A stretch of DNA of 64,000 nucleotides from an uncultured Desulfobacter sp. (lineage in GTDB: Bacteria; Desulfobacterota; Desulfobacteria; Desulfobacterales; Desulfobacteraceae). Numbering within the stretch: the first letter of the stretch is position 1; every line of letters starts with the position of its first letter. Positions 29,143 through 37,453 of this stretch are shown here, one piece after another. The notes under the pieces are model-generated. The model worked only from the letters and a program-made list of their open reading frames with translations, was not told where the DNA came from and did not search any database. Made by a program: the position numbers and the translations under genes. Location: NCBI GenBank assembly GCA_963665095.1, contig OY762069.1, positions 6,560,001 through 6,624,000 of the forward strand, in the 5' to 3' direction.

Positions 29143-30390
29143 TTACCTTGCCAAATGTCCCCAGTGCAGGGTGTGGCCAACAATCTGCTGCCTGATTCCT
29201 GTCACATCCATCCTCCCCTGGATAATATGGCGATACAGGCCGGCATTGGAGATGTCTCCCACCAGGACCATTCCCATGAGCCGGGAACCATCCGGGCTGA
29301 ACACCAGTTTCCTGTAGGCAGCCTTTTCTTCTTTACTATACACTTCGCACGCCAGATCCCCAGTGTGAACCGTACCCATGGAGACAAAGGGCAGATCTGC
29401 CACCTGGGTGGCGTTTAAGATTCCGAAGGTGCCGGTGTAGGCGGTTTTTATGCCTGCCATATTCAGTCCGGCGCACCGGCCCATTTCAACGGCATTGGTC
29501 CAAAGGGCTGTCATGACCGGATTCCCTGTAACAGGGTCATGGGTGACAGCCACATCTCCGGCTGCATAGGCATGGGCACAACTGCAGGCCGTATACCGAT
29601 CCGCCAGAATGCCCTTATCCAGCTGAATGCCGCTGTTTTCAAGGAATTCAATATTGGGCCGGACCCCTTTGCCCAGACAGACCATCTCGCAGGCGATCTG
29701 TGTGCCATCGTCCAGGCATACGCCGGTGACGCCATCTGCGTTTGAAAGAATGGCTTTTGCCGCCGCACCGGTCTTAATCTTCAGTCCGGCATGATCCAGG
29801 GCTGTTCGGATAAGGCGTGCATCTTCCGGGTCCATGAGCTGGGACAGCACTTCAGGAGAATAGACAACCAGAGTGACCCTGATGCCGCGTTCCAGCAGGG
29901 CAAATGCCGCCTTCAGGTTGAGCAGTCCACCGCCGAGCAGCACGGCATGCCGGGTTTTTTCCGCCCGTTCTGCCATATCCCGTGCATCCTTAAGGGTTCT
30001 CAGGGCAAACACCCCGTCAGTCCCCGTGCCTTCTATTTCAGGTGGAATATAGGGACGGCTTCCCGTGGCAAACAGGATGGTATTGTATCCAAGGGCTGTT
30101 TTGTCCTTCAGGGTTACCGCTCTTTGATCCGGGTCAACCGACGTCACCCGGCAGCCTGTTCTGACTTCAATATCCGGCCTGGTATAGGGCCCGAAGCCTG
30201 ACATGCCCATGTCTGCCGGACTCTTTTTCCCTGATACCAGGTAGGGAATCAAGGGCCTGAAATAGGGCGGGTCCGGTTCTTCCGTGACCAGGGTGACCCT
30301 GCCATCCGGGTCATGGGCCCGGATGGTATGGGCCGCAGCCATTCCTGCCGCACTGGCCCCGATAATTAAATATTTGGTCTTTTCGTCCAC
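29143..30390 (-). CDS. FAD/NAD(P)-dependent oxidoreductase (CODH-associated)
   Basis: IIGASAAG, ATGS, LRT..D, GGGLL, GVRPN, YAAGD. GTG start at 30390. Confidence 0.92.
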   Translation of the reverse strand: MDEKTKYLIIGASAAGMAAAHTIRAHDPDGRVTLVTEEPDPPYFRPLIPYLVSGKKSPADMGMSGFGPYTRPDIEVRTGCRVTSVDPDQRAVTLKDKTALGYNTILFATGSRPYIPPEIEGTGTDGVFALRTLKDARDMAERAEKTRHAVLLGGGLLNLKAAFALLERGIRVTLVVYSPEVLSQLMDPEDARLIRTALDHAGLKIKTGAAAKAILSNADGVTGVCLDDGTQIACEMVCLGKGVRPNIEFLENSGIQLDKGILADRYTACSCAHAYAAGDVAVTHDPVTGNPVMTALWTNAVEMGRCAGLNMAGIKTAYTGTFGILNATQVADLPFVSMGTVHTGDLACEVYSKEEKAAYRKLVFSPDGSRLMGMVLVGDISNAGLYRHIIQGRMDVTGIRQQIVGHTLHWGHLAR

Positions 30391-30391
30391 A

Positions 30392-30898
30392 TTACTCCCC
30401 TTCCGCCTTGAGGATCTCTTTGCAGGCCTGCTGACGGACAGATCTGGAATAGTCCGGTACTGTGTCAAACACCAGCGCCCCGGTGGGGCAGGCAGATACG
30501 CAGGCAGGGACATCCCGGTCCGGGCACCGGTCACACCGGTAGGCCTTTGCCGCCCCCACATGGCGGCCGATCACCCCGTAGGGACAGACCATAACGCAGG
30601 TCCAGCATCCAATGCACTTGTCCGGATCCGTGACCACCACCCCATCCTGATTCCGGGTGATGGCCCCGCTGATACAGGCATACATGCAGGGGGCATCCTC
30701 GCACTGGCGACAGACAATGGGAATTTTTTTATCCGGGGCAACCCACTCCACATATACCCTGGATTTCGGGCTTATGGATTCAGATACCGCCCCGAAAAGG
30801 GTTTTGCTCTCGGAGTGCTCAACCGCACAGGCTGTCTGGCAGGAGAGGCACCCCACACACCGGTCCACTTTGACGAATATTTCTTTTGGCTGGTTCAT
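30392..30898 (-). CDS. cooF: CooF-type 4Fe-4S electron transfer protein
   Basis: CVGCLSCQTAC, CRQCEDAPCMYAC, CIGCWTCVMVCPYG, CDRC...PACVSACPTGAL. Confidence 0.9.
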   Translation of the reverse strand: MNQPKEIFVKVDRCVGCLSCQTACAVEHSESKTLFGAVSESISPKSRVYVEWVAPDKKIPIVCRQCEDAPCMYACISGAITRNQDGVVVTDPDKCIGCWTCVMVCPYGVIGRHVGAAKAYRCDRCPDRDVPACVSACPTGALVFDTVPDYSRSVRQQACKEILKAEGE

Positions 30899-30908
30899 GG
30901 CTCTTCCT

Positions 30909-32789
30909 TTAAATTCCAAGGTTTTTACGTTTGGCATCCATGTGGTCAATCATAAGTTTTGCCCCTTTAACCGGATCGGTTTCCACGGCAAAGGTCGCGC
31001 CCACCACATCATTGGCTGCCTGGGTTAAAACGTTGGTAACCAGGGGGCTGCCCAAAACCTGGGGAACCGTGCCAAGCACCGTAAAAATGCCGGATGCCAC
31101 CACATATGAACCAATACTGACCGCCTTTTCACTCATCCACTCCGGGGCCGCGCCTGCCACGGGCAGATCACTGATATCCACGCCAAGGGCATTGGCAACC
31201 GCCGCACACACCGTCAGAATCCGGCTGATATCCACACAGGACCCCATGTGCAGGACCGGTGGAATACCCAAAGATTGACAGACCGCCTTAAGACCGTCGC
31301 CGGCCTGGGCAGCCGCTTCAGGCAGCATCAGCCCTGCCTTGGCACAGGCAATGGCGTTGCAGCCCGTGGTGGCAATAAGCACATTGTTTTTAATCAGCTC
31401 CTTAACCAGTTCCAGGTGTCCTTCATCATGCCTGATTTTGGGATTATTGCATCCCACCACCCCGGCAATACCCTTGACCGCCCCTGATTTAATGGCGTCC
31501 AGCAGCGGGTCCAGGGTGCCGCCCAACGCCTTGACAATGGCTTCAGTGCTGAAACCCACCATGCATTCGGTCAGGTCATCCGGGATAAACACCTTGTCGG
31601 GGTTCCGGTGTGAATAGTTTTCCACGGCCACGCCCACGATTTCTTTGGCAATGTCCATGGCCTGTTTTTCGTTGAACTCCATATGCTCTGCGCCTGGAAA
31701 TTTGGCCTTGGGAGAGGTGGAGATAAACCGGGTGTGGAAACATTCGCAAAGATCGCCCAGCGCCGGCATGATACACTGGACGTCAACGATCATGGCCTCT
31801 ACGGCACCGGTGATCACAGCCAGTTCCTGCTGGAGGAAATTGCCGGCAATGGGGATGCCGTGGCGCATGATGATCTCATTGCCCGTACAGCACATCCCGA
31901 CCACGTTGATCCCTTTGGCCCCGGCTGCCTTTGCCCGGGCCACAAGCTCCGGGTCCTGGGCGGCCGCAACGATCATTTCGGACAGGACCGGTTCATGCCC
32001 GTGGGCAATGATATTGACCTGGTCGTGTTTTAAAACCCCTAAATTGGCCTGGGAACGGACGGGCTGTGGCGTGCCAAAAAGCACATCTGAAATTTCCGTG
32101 GCAATGGTTGATCCGCCCCATCCGTCGGCAATGGATGCCTTTAAGCCCTGAAGAATCAGATTGACCGGGTCATTGTCCACGCCGATATGGGTGCGGTGCA
32201 TGATCTCTACGATTTCTCTGTCAATGCCCCTGGGGTCAATCCCGGCTTTTTTCCACAGGTCTACCCGTTTTTCAGGGGCCCTGCGGCTGAATTGTACAAA
32301 TCCTTCCTGTTTGCCGAATTCCGCATAAACGCTTTTCGCCAGATCCAGGGCAATCTCTTCCTTTTTCCGGTCCTGGGTCTCAATGCTGTATTCCCGGGCC
32401 AGGGCAGCAAGCTTTTCCTCATCTTTGATTTCGTAGCCGCCGCTTTTCCCTTCTGCCGTCAGAAGCAGGGTGTGGGCAAGGTCCCTGCCGTGGTCGGAAT
32501 GGGCGGCCGCGCCCCCTGCGATCATCCGGATCAGATTCCGGGCCACGATGATATCTGCTGTGGCCCCGCAAATGCCTTTCTGGGGGCCTGCATCGTCAAA
32601 GGGGCTGATCCGGCAGGGTCCCATGTTGCAGTTCCGGCAGCATACCCCTAATTCGCCGAACCCGCACTGGGGCAGCATTTTTTCGTACCGGTCCCATGCG
32701 GTTTCAATGCCTTGTTTTTCAGCCTGATCCAGCATTTTCAAGGTTGCCGGATCCACACTTCTTCTTGAAATGTTTTCAGTGAAAGCCAT
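30909..32789 (-). CDS. cooS: anaerobic Ni,Fe carbon monoxide dehydrogenase catalytic subunit
   Basis: PQCGFG..GVCCRNC.MGPC. All C-cluster ligands present: HGHEP, CCTGNE, DVQC, GCNN, TGC, GSCVD; also SEKA. AGGAGG RBS. Confidence 0.98.
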   Translation of the reverse strand: MAFTENISRRSVDPATLKMLDQAEKQGIETAWDRYEKMLPQCGFGELGVCCRNCNMGPCRISPFDDAGPQKGICGATADIIVARNLIRMIAGGAAAHSDHGRDLAHTLLLTAEGKSGGYEIKDEEKLAALAREYSIETQDRKKEEIALDLAKSVYAEFGKQEGFVQFSRRAPEKRVDLWKKAGIDPRGIDREIVEIMHRTHIGVDNDPVNLILQGLKASIADGWGGSTIATEISDVLFGTPQPVRSQANLGVLKHDQVNIIAHGHEPVLSEMIVAAAQDPELVARAKAAGAKGINVVGMCCTGNEIIMRHGIPIAGNFLQQELAVITGAVEAMIVDVQCIMPALGDLCECFHTRFISTSPKAKFPGAEHMEFNEKQAMDIAKEIVGVAVENYSHRNPDKVFIPDDLTECMVGFSTEAIVKALGGTLDPLLDAIKSGAVKGIAGVVGCNNPKIRHDEGHLELVKELIKNNVLIATTGCNAIACAKAGLMLPEAAAQAGDGLKAVCQSLGIPPVLHMGSCVDISRILTVCAAVANALGVDISDLPVAGAAPEWMSEKAVSIGSYVVASGIFTVLGTVPQVLGSPLVTNVLTQAANDVVGATFAVETDPVKGAKLMIDHMDAKRKNLGI

Positions 32790-32813
32790 GCTAAGATCCT
32801 CCTTTATACCGGT

Positions 32814-33011
32814 CACGGCGCTGCCGGATATCGCCGGCAGGGCGCCCGTAACAGATACAGCGATAGTCCCGGTTCCTCCGGGGATTTATAAGACTGCCAG
32901 GGATGACCTTCTGACCTTCAGCCGTTAAGCTCATCCCGGACAGCGCATGAAAGAAAATCCGTGAATTCTTTCATAGGAAAACGGTCAGGCCCGGGGATAC
33001 AGGACCTGACC
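32814..33011 (-). promoter_or_regulatory. structured 5' leader of cooS (five hairpins), candidate cis-regulatory RNA
   Basis: Consecutive inverted repeats at 32983-33011, 32947-32974, 32894-32943, 32867-32884 and 32814-32849. Confidence 0.5.
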
Positions 33012-33183
33012 CTTACAGGCGGTATACATCGCAAGTGTCAGCAAACAATCATGGAAAAGATCTTTGTAGAGATATTATTAGGGTATATCGCTGTGGATTT
33101 CAGTATGCAAGGAAATAATGGGGGGCAATGAAAATGTTGTGAAAACATACAGAGTATGGATTTACAGCATTGGTGTACGTTCT

Positions 33184-33228
33184 ATGGACCGCCGTGCACC
33201 GGCATTCTGCCGGGGCACGGCGGTCCAT
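33184..33228. repeat. 45-nt near-perfect GC-rich hairpin (terminator or REP)
   Basis: ATGGACCGCCGTGCACCGGCA-TTC-TGCCGGGGCACGGCGGTCCAT, downstream of the beta-propeller gene. Confidence 0.8.
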
Positions 33229-33262
33229 CGCGATTGCGTTTTTCTCGGGTTAGTGAGCCTGG

Positions 33263-34786
33263 CTACTCTTCTATAATGGTAATGCAGCCGCCAAACATCG
33301 GCTTTGCGCCGTCAGGTTCTTCAGGAGAAGAGTTGGCTGTTACAGTCAGTATATAGCTGCCCGCTTCGGTAAACGTATATGTCAGACTGTTGCTGGTTGT
33401 ATAATCGGAGATCGCCGTCCAGGAAGATTCGACATAATAACCGGTTCCGTAATTCGGTACGATGCCGAATCGATAATAGATAGTTCCGCCACATTCATTG
33501 ACAGCGTTTGCTGTAATGGTCATTGGAGTGTTCACGATGTGGCTTCCGGAGACATCAAGGCTAAGCATTTTCAACAGATCAACACAGGTATCATCTCCAT
33601 CGTTTGAATCCGTATCAGGCGCCCATCCGTTATCAGATCCGGTCAGTGCGGGGTTGTGTTTGACCATATACCAGTTGCCGTCTACGGTGCCGGCATCAAA
33701 AGCAAGTAATCCACCGCCATGGTCCGTGCTCAGATAAAGGGTGTTGTCCACCAGTACCGGAGATCCCCAGGAAATTTGCATACCAGTCATGCTTGTCTGC
33801 CATACCTGGCTGCCAGTCGCTCCGTCGAGACAGACAAGCGCCATGGCCTCAGAATCTCGTTCTCCGCTTTGGATGTACACTTTTCCATCCACGACAATGG
33901 GAATTGCCGGGGCAGAACCTTGGTCTCTGACGGTTTTTTCCCAAATGGCTGTCCCTGAGCCGGTTAATTCAAAGGCCTTTAAAACTCCATATCTTGAAGC
34001 GGCATAGACATAGGTACTGTCCATGGCCGGGGGGGTATTGTCAGCATAGCTGCTTCCCAAATCCGCGGACCATGCCAGTGACGGGGCTGTGCCGGCATTG
34101 CCGGACAGGGCGTAAAGATTGAGCATGACAGCCCCTTCGTTGGAATCATATTTGGTGAAAGCGGCCATGAAATTGCCGGAAACAGCTCCTAAATTAAACC
34201 CTGAGCCATAAGGAGGTGTTTCTCTCCAGTATTCGGTTCCGTCGCCGGGATCCAGGCAGTAGATATGGTCGGAAAACGCGTATACCACAGATGATGTGGC
34301 CACCATATTGGCTGCCTGGCTGACAGATTTGGTCCAGTACTGCTGAAGCGTTGCTGTACCAACGGCATAAATTGTATTGCTTGTGCTGAAGTAAATCGTT
34401 GATGATGATACGCAGGGCGCCTGGGATGAGATATATCCGGCCGCCTCAAATGAGGCAATCACCGATCCGTCAGAGGGATTGATTTTGTATAATTTGGTTC
34501 CGGCAAAGGCAAACAATAACCCGTCATAGTATACCGGGGAAGAGGTCGGGTAAGTATCCGGAGCGAAGTTGGACTGCCACACCAATGACCCGTCACTGGT
34601 ATTATAGCACATCATGTTTCCCTCCTGGTCCTGCATAAAGGCGTTCGATCCCACAACTACCGGAGATGACCAGGTGTATTCAATGGCGGCATTCCATAGC
34701 AATTCGCCTTCCTGGGCACAGGGTGATCCCACCAATGACAGCAGCAAAAACAAAACAGACACACACATACAACCAATGGACTTCAT
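33263..34786 (-). CDS. secreted PQQ-like/BamB-type beta-propeller protein with Tyr-rich C-terminal domain
   Basis: Signal peptide; repeated SSPV....D..G...W motifs; C-terminal IYYRF...W....Y...N.LTYTF..AG.Y.L.V. Confidence 0.85.
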   Translation of the reverse strand: MKSIGCMCVSVLFLLLSLVGSPCAQEGELLWNAAIEYTWSSPVVVGSNAFMQDQEGNMMCYNTSDGSLVWQSNFAPDTYPTSSPVYYDGLLFAFAGTKLYKINPSDGSVIASFEAAGYISSQAPCVSSSTIYFSTSNTIYAVGTATLQQYWTKSVSQAANMVATSSVVYAFSDHIYCLDPGDGTEYWRETPPYGSGFNLGAVSGNFMAAFTKYDSNEGAVMLNLYALSGNAGTAPSLAWSADLGSSYADNTPPAMDSTYVYAASRYGVLKAFELTGSGTAIWEKTVRDQGSAPAIPIVVDGKVYIQSGERDSEAMALVCLDGATGSQVWQTSMTGMQISWGSPVLVDNTLYLSTDHGGGLLAFDAGTVDGNWYMVKHNPALTGSDNGWAPDTDSNDGDDTCVDLLKMLSLDVSGSHIVNTPMTITANAVNECGGTIYYRFGIVPNYGTGYYVESSWTAISDYTTSNSLTYTFTEAGSYILTVTANSSPEEPDGAKPMFGGCITIIEE

Positions 34787-34893
34787 AAAACTATCCCTTT
34801 CATGAATAATATTTATTTTAAAATGTATCCTTCCGTAGATAAAGTTTCATAACATTAGTTGCACCCAAAGGTCAATTGAGTACGGATCAATTG

Positions 34894-36262
34894 CACGGTG
34901 AATTGATTCTAATTTAATAATTCATTAATCCTAACCGTTTAAATTTATTTCTGAACAACACAATTTATTCCATGTAAAACAGTACATTATGAGATGGAGG
35001 CAGTTATGGATTTTAAAGGAATAGTCGTCCGGCCAATAGAAAGAGCAGAAGTTTCAGTATTTCAAAAATTGATGCAAGCTCACCATTACCTTGGTGCTTT
35101 ACCAAAGATAGGTAATACTATCCGGTACGTGGCAACGTATCAGGACGATTGGTTGGCCTTGATCGTATTTTCTGCAGCTGCCTTAAAATGCGGAGCAAGG
35201 GACAATTGGATAGGTTGGAAATACCGATATCAATATGACCGGTTGAATTTATTAGCGAACAACTCCCTATTTTTGATTTTTCCCGGCTATCATTTTAAAA
35301 ATTTAGCATCAAAAATTTTGTCATTGTGTCAACGAAGAATCCAAAATGATTGGTTAAATCATTTTGGATCTCCTTTATTGCTTCTTGAAACATTCGTTGA
35401 TCCGACCCGATTCCATGGCACCATATATAAAGCGTCAAATTGGCATTTTGTCGGAACTACCAAAGGATATCAACGTATCTGTGGCGGTTCTAGTGATAAA
35501 AACAATTCGGGGAAAATGGTATTTGTCCGCCCATTACAGGGAGATGCCATCACAATTTTGTCCCATCCGATATTAGAAAAATACTATCAGACAGGGGGGC
35601 GGAACATGAGACTCAATGCCGACCAAATGAAATCATTACCTGATTTTTTTCGAAACATTAAAGATCCCCGCCGAGGCCAAGGACGAAGACACCGATTGGA
35701 AGTTGTTTTAGCGATATCAGCCGCAGCGATTTTATGTGGTATTATCGGATATAAAGAAATTCCTGACCACGAGACTGTTGATGGCATCGGACACGGAAGA
35801 ATACAGACCCGTAAAATATGGGTCACTATACATCTGAACGATTACCTTGATTTTCCACATGCAGGCCAGGCGTTCATGATTAAACGTCAATCCTACGACA
35901 AAAAAACGGGTAAAACCAGTAATGAGACCGCCTATGGGGTAACCAGCTTACGCCCAAACCAAGCTGATGCAGCAAAAGTTCTCCAAATTAATCGAGGGCA
36001 CTGGGTAATTGAAAACAGTTGCCATTATGTAATCGACTGGAAATATAATGAAGACAAAAGCCGGGTGAGAGTATGCTCCGGCCCAGAGAATTTAACACGA
36101 CTCAGGCGTTTTGCTGTGGGACTTATCAAAAGCAATAACGTCAAAAGCGTTTCTCAAAAAATGCGGCAACTGCTTTTGAATATAAGGGCCGTCTTCGACT
36201 ATCTAAAATTGAGCAGAAATAGCCAGGCGCACTGCAATGCTTATTAGAACAAATTTACCGTG
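34894..36262 (+). mobile_element. ISAs1-family element carrying DUF4338, internally deleted
   Basis: Terminal inverted repeats: CACGGTGAATTGATTCTAAT (34894-34913) versus reverse complement of 36243-36262, CACGGTAAATTTGTTCTAAT (17/20). Confidence 0.85.
34994..36247 (+). pseudogene. DUF4338-ISAs1 transposase fusion with in-frame deletion of the central catalytic region
   Basis: HHYLG, RD.WIGW, NLASKIL, LETFVD...F.GT.YKASNW; then DPRR...RHRL...AILCG jumps straight to GHGRI..R and HW.IEN..H..D....ED. The DGK, DAxH and KxNQ motifs are absent. Confidence 0.8.
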
Positions 36263-36349
36263 CATATTTTTCACTTTGAATGGAAGCCGTTTTCAGGTAT
36301 GAAGACCCTGGCCGAAACGTCGGGAAAACCAAAAGGGCAGACAGTGAAT

Positions 36350-37306
36350 ATGAAGATCTGTGCATACAACGTCCGGGAAGATGAAGAAGAATTTTTTAGC
36401 AGATTCAGTAAGCAGTACGCGGTTGACATCTGCTGCCACAAAGAATCACCCGGGCCGGACACCGTGGCCCTGGCAAAGGGCTGTCCCTGTATCAGTATAG
36501 TCACCAGACCTGTTAGTGCCGGTTTGATCCAAAGCTTTCATGACACAGGTGTTGGTTTGATCTCCACCAGGACAGTCGGTTTTGACCATATTGATCTTGA
36601 AGCTGCCCGGAAATTGGGTATCCAGGTGGAAAATATCTCTTATTCTACAAGCAGTGTTTCCGAATACACCGTTATGCTCATGCTGCTGGCCTTGAGAAAA
36701 ATCAAACTCATTGCACAAAGAATCCGTGTTCAGAATCATACCCTGCCCGGCCTCCGCGGAAAAGAGCTTCGTTCCTGCACTGTCGGTATCATCGGTACGG
36801 GCAGAATTGGACAGGTGGTAATCCGAAATCTGACAGGGTTCGGGTGCCGGATTATCGCCCATGGCAGGCGGCATGGCAAGGATATAGAGCCTTTCTGTGA
36901 TTTTGTATCCATAGAGGAGCTATACAGACAAAGCGATGTCATCAGCCTTCACATCCCGGCCAGTGAAGAGAACTATCATCTCATCAATAATCAGGCCATT
37001 CAAAAAATGAAACCGGGTGTCATCATTGTCAATACCTCCAGGGGCCAGCTCATTAACACGGATGCTCTGATCCAGAATCTTGAATCTGGTCGAATCGGCG
37101 GCGCAGCCCTGGATGTCCTCGAAAATGAAAAACGCTATACCTACCGGGATTTGAAAAACAAGGAAATAAAACACAGGGGATACGCCGTGTTAAAATCTAT
37201 GCCAAACGTGATTCTCACTCCCCATACCGCCTTTTATACAGACCAGGCTATCAGCGACATGGTTGAGAATTCCATCCGCAGTTGCGTGGCGTTTATGAAA
37301 AAATAG
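36350..37306 (+). CDS. D-isomer specific 2-hydroxyacid dehydrogenase (D-LDH/VanH-like)
   Basis: RTVGFDHID, GIIGTGRIG, NTSRG, ALDVLE, TPHTAFYT. Confidence 0.93.
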   Translation: MKICAYNVREDEEEFFSRFSKQYAVDICCHKESPGPDTVALAKGCPCISIVTRPVSAGLIQSFHDTGVGLISTRTVGFDHIDLEAARKLGIQVENISYSTSSVSEYTVMLMLLALRKIKLIAQRIRVQNHTLPGLRGKELRSCTVGIIGTGRIGQVVIRNLTGFGCRIIAHGRRHGKDIEPFCDFVSIEELYRQSDVISLHIPASEENYHLINNQAIQKMKPGVIIVNTSRGQLINTDALIQNLESGRIGGAALDVLENEKRYTYRDLKNKEIKHRGYAVLKSMPNVILTPHTAFYTDQAISDMVENSIRSCVAFMKK

Positions 37307-37453
37307 AAGGGGCACTGATAATGATGATTTGCCCAGTCTAATATCTGTTTTTTATCAATTAGTTTACCCTCGGTGAAAAATGTGTGACTTTTAAGATGGA
37401 GTTGGCTATCCTTCATATACTTCAGTGAAATCTTTTTGAAGGAAGGAGGTGCT

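Noticed and set aside
32813..32974. Second selenoprotein or leader peptide MKEFTDFLSCAVRDELNG-UGA upstream of cooS
   Set aside because: No RBS and no recognisable protein. The next free hairpin loop is about 40 nt after the UGA, too far for a typical SECIS.
32814..33011. Known NiCo, Moco or cobalamin riboswitch
   Set aside because: I could not find their conserved sequence elements by eye; kept only as an unknown structured leader.
33036..33051. CooA/CRP-type site TGATT-N6-TGACA upstream of cooS
   Set aside because: Only one half-site matches, and no such regulator is in the window.
34994..35600. Druantia defence system
   Set aside because: No DruE helicase or other dru genes; the DUF4338 domain is inside an IS.
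36350..37306. vanH glycopeptide-resistance locus
   Set aside because: No vanA/vanX ligase or dipeptidase nearby; a generic D-2-hydroxyacid dehydrogenase explains it.
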